A stretch of DNA of 62,459 nucleotides, filler included, from Acidimicrobiia bacterium (lineage in GTDB: Bacteria > Actinomycetota > Acidimicrobiia > Spongiisociales > CAZKJJ01), in assembly GCA_046759765.1 (NCBI GenBank). It is 30 parts of 30 records of this genome, joined end to end, with 100 filler letters (N's around TTAATTAATTAA, not from the genome) between each part and the next. Parts side by side here need not be neighbours in the genome. Positions count along the whole stretch, not along the records: positions 59,175 to 60,769 come from JBHICV010000302.1; positions 60,870 to 62,459 come from JBHICV010000303.1; 28 more parts are not named here. The stretch is one strand, 5' to 3'. The notes under the pieces are model-generated. The model was given only the letters and a program-made list of their open reading frames with translations, searched no databases and was not told where the DNA came from. This document shows, one piece after another, positions 59,706 to 62,459 of this stretch; the stretch's first letter is position 1; the number at the start of each line of letters is the position of its first letter. Both the position numbers and the translations under genes were made by a program.

Positions 59706-60769
59706 ATGACGACGATCATCGTCCCGCCAATCGAAGCGAGCCCCTACCCGACGCTCGGCCCCTACATCTGCGAATTCATCGAAGAACGGCTCGTGCATGG
59801 CCCGGGCGATCTGCTTGGTGAGCCGGTTGCATTGGACGACGAAGCGCAGGCATGGATCTATCGAATGTATGAAGTCGAGCCGGAATATGGATTCACGGTC
59901 TCAGGCCGACGATCGAAGAAACGGAATCGTCGAGCTGGGCGCCGGCGCTTCGACCGCTGCGTCCTTTCGCTGCGGAAGGGGTCCAACAAAACCGAATTCG
60001 CTGCCTGGCTAGCAGCCGTCGAGCTCCATCCCGAAGGTCCGGTCCGCTGTGCCGGCTTTGATGAGGGTGGGCAGCCGATCCCGATGGCCGTCACCGATCC
60101 CTATATCCCGATGATCGCCTATACGGAGGAGCAGAGCGAAGAACTCGCCTATGGGGCCCTTCGCCGCATCTTGGAAGAGAGCCCGATTGCCCGGGACTTT
60201 GATATCGGGCTGGAGCGGATCATGCGGATCGGGGGTGATGGCAAGGCAGAAGCGGTCTCAGGGTCGCCCAACGCCCGGGATGGGGCCCGAACGACCTTCC
60301 AGCACGCTGATGAGACCCACCGATTCACCCTCGACCACCTCCGGCAGGCTTGGATGGTGATGTTGGCCAATCTCGCCAAGCGGCCATTGGCCGATCCTTG
60401 GGCCTTGGAGACCACGACCGCACCCGAACCGGGATCTGGATCGGTGGCCGAAACAACCATGGATTATGCACTTAAGCATCGAAGGCGCCAGCACAATGGG
60501 CGCTTTTTCTTCTTTCATCGCGAAGCCTCGGATCAACACGATCTCACGAAGAAACGCGGTCTCCGAGCGGCCATTCTTGAGGCGTCAGGGCCTCATATTG
60601 CCAAATGGACCGATGTCGAGCGGGTGATGCGGCAATTTGACGAGGACGATGCGGATCGTGCCTATTTGGAACGCGTCTGGCTCAATCGGCGGGTTCAGGC
60701 GGCCGCGAAGGCTTTTGACGTCACCGTTTGGGCACATCTCGCGCGCTTTGGCTATAGCGTGGACGATCG
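59706..60769 (+). CDS. Phage terminase large subunit (3' truncated)
   Basis: TLGP..HGPGDL.G, RKG..KTE Walker A, DETH Walker B, ETTTA, R.WLN. Confidence 0.9.
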
Positions 60770-60869
60770 NNNNNNNNNNNNNNNNNNNNNNNNNNNNNNN
60801 NNNNNNNNNNNNNTTAATTAATTAANNNNNNNNNNNNNNNNNNNNNNNNNNNNNNNNNNNNNNNNNNNN

Positions 60870-62282
60870 CTGTACATCGACGGCTCGTGGACTGAAGGCA
60901 CCGGAGACGATGCCTATGAGATCCACAGCCCGGTTACAGGTGAGCACATCGCCACGGTTCCGCTTGCCTCGAAGGCCGATATCGATCGAGCGGTCAGCGC
61001 GGCAAGACGGGCGGCCGAGGAAATGCGCCATTGGTCGGCTTTCGACCGGGCTGACCTTTGTCACCGCATCGCCGAAGCAATCGCCCGGAACGTACCCGAG
61101 ATCGCTCGCATTCAGACCCTGGAACAGGGCAAGCCTTACCACTCGGAATCTCTCGACGACATCGAGGAGGCGAACGAGTACTTCTTCAATGCGGCTGAGG
61201 ACGTGAAGCGCCTTTCCGGCGAGGTGATTCCGACCACCGATCGAAACAAGCGTATGTTCACGGTCCGCCGGCCGGTCGGAGTGTGGGCAGCCATCACACC
61301 CTGGAACTTCCCGGTCACGATTCCCCTCGAGTATCTCGGCCCGGGACTCGCAACGGGCAATGCTTTGATCGTGAAGCCACCGGCTTTCACCTCGTGGGCG
61401 TTGTTGGAACTGGCTAAGGCGTTTGACGAGGCGGGCGTCCCGGCGGGTGCTCTGCAGGTCATCCCCGGAGAGGGAGACACTGGAGACCGGTTGGTCACGC
61501 ACCCGGACGTCGATGCAGTGGGCTTCACCGGCTCTTCCGAGACCGGCAAGAAGATCATCTCGCGTATGGGCATCAAGCGCTCGATCATGGAAATGTCGGG
61601 CAACGGTCCAACGGTCATTACCTCAGACGCCAACGTCGAGGCCGCCGCGACCGCCGCCGTGTACGGCGCCTACTACAACGCCGGTCAGGTCTGCTGCGCT
61701 ACCGAGCGGGTGGTGGTCCTGGATGACGTCCACGACGAGTTCGTGGAGGCGACGCTCAATGCGGCTCAGGACGTGCGGCTGGGCGATCCCTTCGACGAGG
61801 CAACCAACATGGGACCGCTTAACAATCAGGCCACCGCACAGAAGATGGATCGCCACCTGGCCGACGCGGCCGATCATGGAGCCCAGATCCTGCTAGGTGG
61901 CAGCCGGGCCTCTGGATTCCCCACTGACCTCTACTACCAGTTCACGGTGGTGGATGCCGTCCCCGAAGGCAGCCTGCTGTCCAAGCAGGAGTCGTTCGGT
62001 CCCGTCGTTCCCATCCTCCGGGCTGCTGACGACCAAGAGGCGGCGGCCATTGCCAACCGCACCCATCTCGGCCTACAGGCGGCAGTGTTCACCCAGAGCC
62101 TCTCCAAGGCCTTCTGGTATGCCGATCACATCCGCTCGGGCACCGTAGTTGTGAACGACTCCACTGACTTCTGGGAAACCTTCCAGCCCTTTGGAGGGGC
62201 GGCGGGAACCGAAACCGGTTGGGGTCGCGGCAGAATCGAGGAGTTCACGGATCTCCAAACCATCGTCTTCGACCTCTCCTAG
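60870..62282 (+). CDS. Aldehyde dehydrogenase (5' truncated)
   Basis: ITPWNFP, FTGS, EMSGN, AGQVCCA, ESFGPV. Confidence 0.95.
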   Translation: MYIDGSWTEGTGDDAYEIHSPVTGEHIATVPLASKADIDRAVSAARRAAEEMRHWSAFDRADLCHRIAEAIARNVPEIARIQTLEQGKPYHSESLDDIEEANEYFFNAAEDVKRLSGEVIPTTDRNKRMFTVRRPVGVWAAITPWNFPVTIPLEYLGPGLATGNALIVKPPAFTSWALLELAKAFDEAGVPAGALQVIPGEGDTGDRLVTHPDVDAVGFTGSSETGKKIISRMGIKRSIMEMSGNGPTVITSDANVEAAATAAVYGAYYNAGQVCCATERVVVLDDVHDEFVEATLNAAQDVRLGDPFDEATNMGPLNNQATAQKMDRHLADAADHGAQILLGGSRASGFPTDLYYQFTVVDAVPEGSLLSKQESFGPVVPILRAADDQEAAAIANRTHLGLQAAVFTQSLSKAFWYADHIRSGTVVVNDSTDFWETFQPFGGAAGTETGWGRGRIEEFTDLQTIVFDLS

Positions 62283-62346
62283 TAACGAGTCCGCGGCGCG
62301 ACCAATAGAGTCCGCTCCCGCGATGATTTCGTAATCTCCTCTCCTG

Positions 62347-62459
62347 GTGAAGACAACTCCCTTTTGGACGGATGACTTTCCCAGACCGAACGATGTCGAG
62401 GCGGTCGACCTCCCGGCGCGGGCTGATGTTGTCGTCATCGGATCGGGCGTTACTGGACT
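62347..62459 (+). CDS. FAD-dependent oxidoreductase start
   Basis: PFW..LPARADVVVIGSGVTG. Confidence 0.8.
   Translation, partial: MKTTPFWTDDFPRPNDVEAVDLPARADVVVIGSGVTG

Overview
This window is not one locus. It is about 30 short (1.5-2.3 kb), GC-rich metagenomic contigs from several organisms, joined by artificial N-TTAATTAATTAA-N spacers, so many genes are truncated. Ordinary content includes Rex, tryptophanase/Tpl, NDP-sugar enzymes, TRAP and ABC transporters, ccmBCDEF, NDH-2, moaA, V-ATPase B/D/I, ppk1, metE with an MTHFR-like gene, sufB/iscA, ALDH and a phage terminase pair. Accessory content includes an aioBA-like molybdoenzyme, a CBASS-type E2-E1 plus JAB pair, TIR-WD40 proteins, IS30/IS256/IS630/IS110 elements, and a tRNA-Thr att fragment next to a truncated integrase. 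The most striking signal is non-coding: a 28-bp site, NCCGCCCATAT-CGGCAC-ATATGCGCTAC, with dif-like 11-6-11 architecture. It occurs more than 10 times (intact, half or degenerate) across four contigs, always in direct orientation within a contig, and brackets single genes at about 0.5-2 kb intervals. It often has a degenerate partner site about 45 bp away, and two different IS30 elements end at the same base of its spacer. I infer a tyrosine-recombinase gene-cassette (dif-module or integron-like) system. No cognate recombinase is visible in these contigs, and a GTAG-type REP origin is not excluded.
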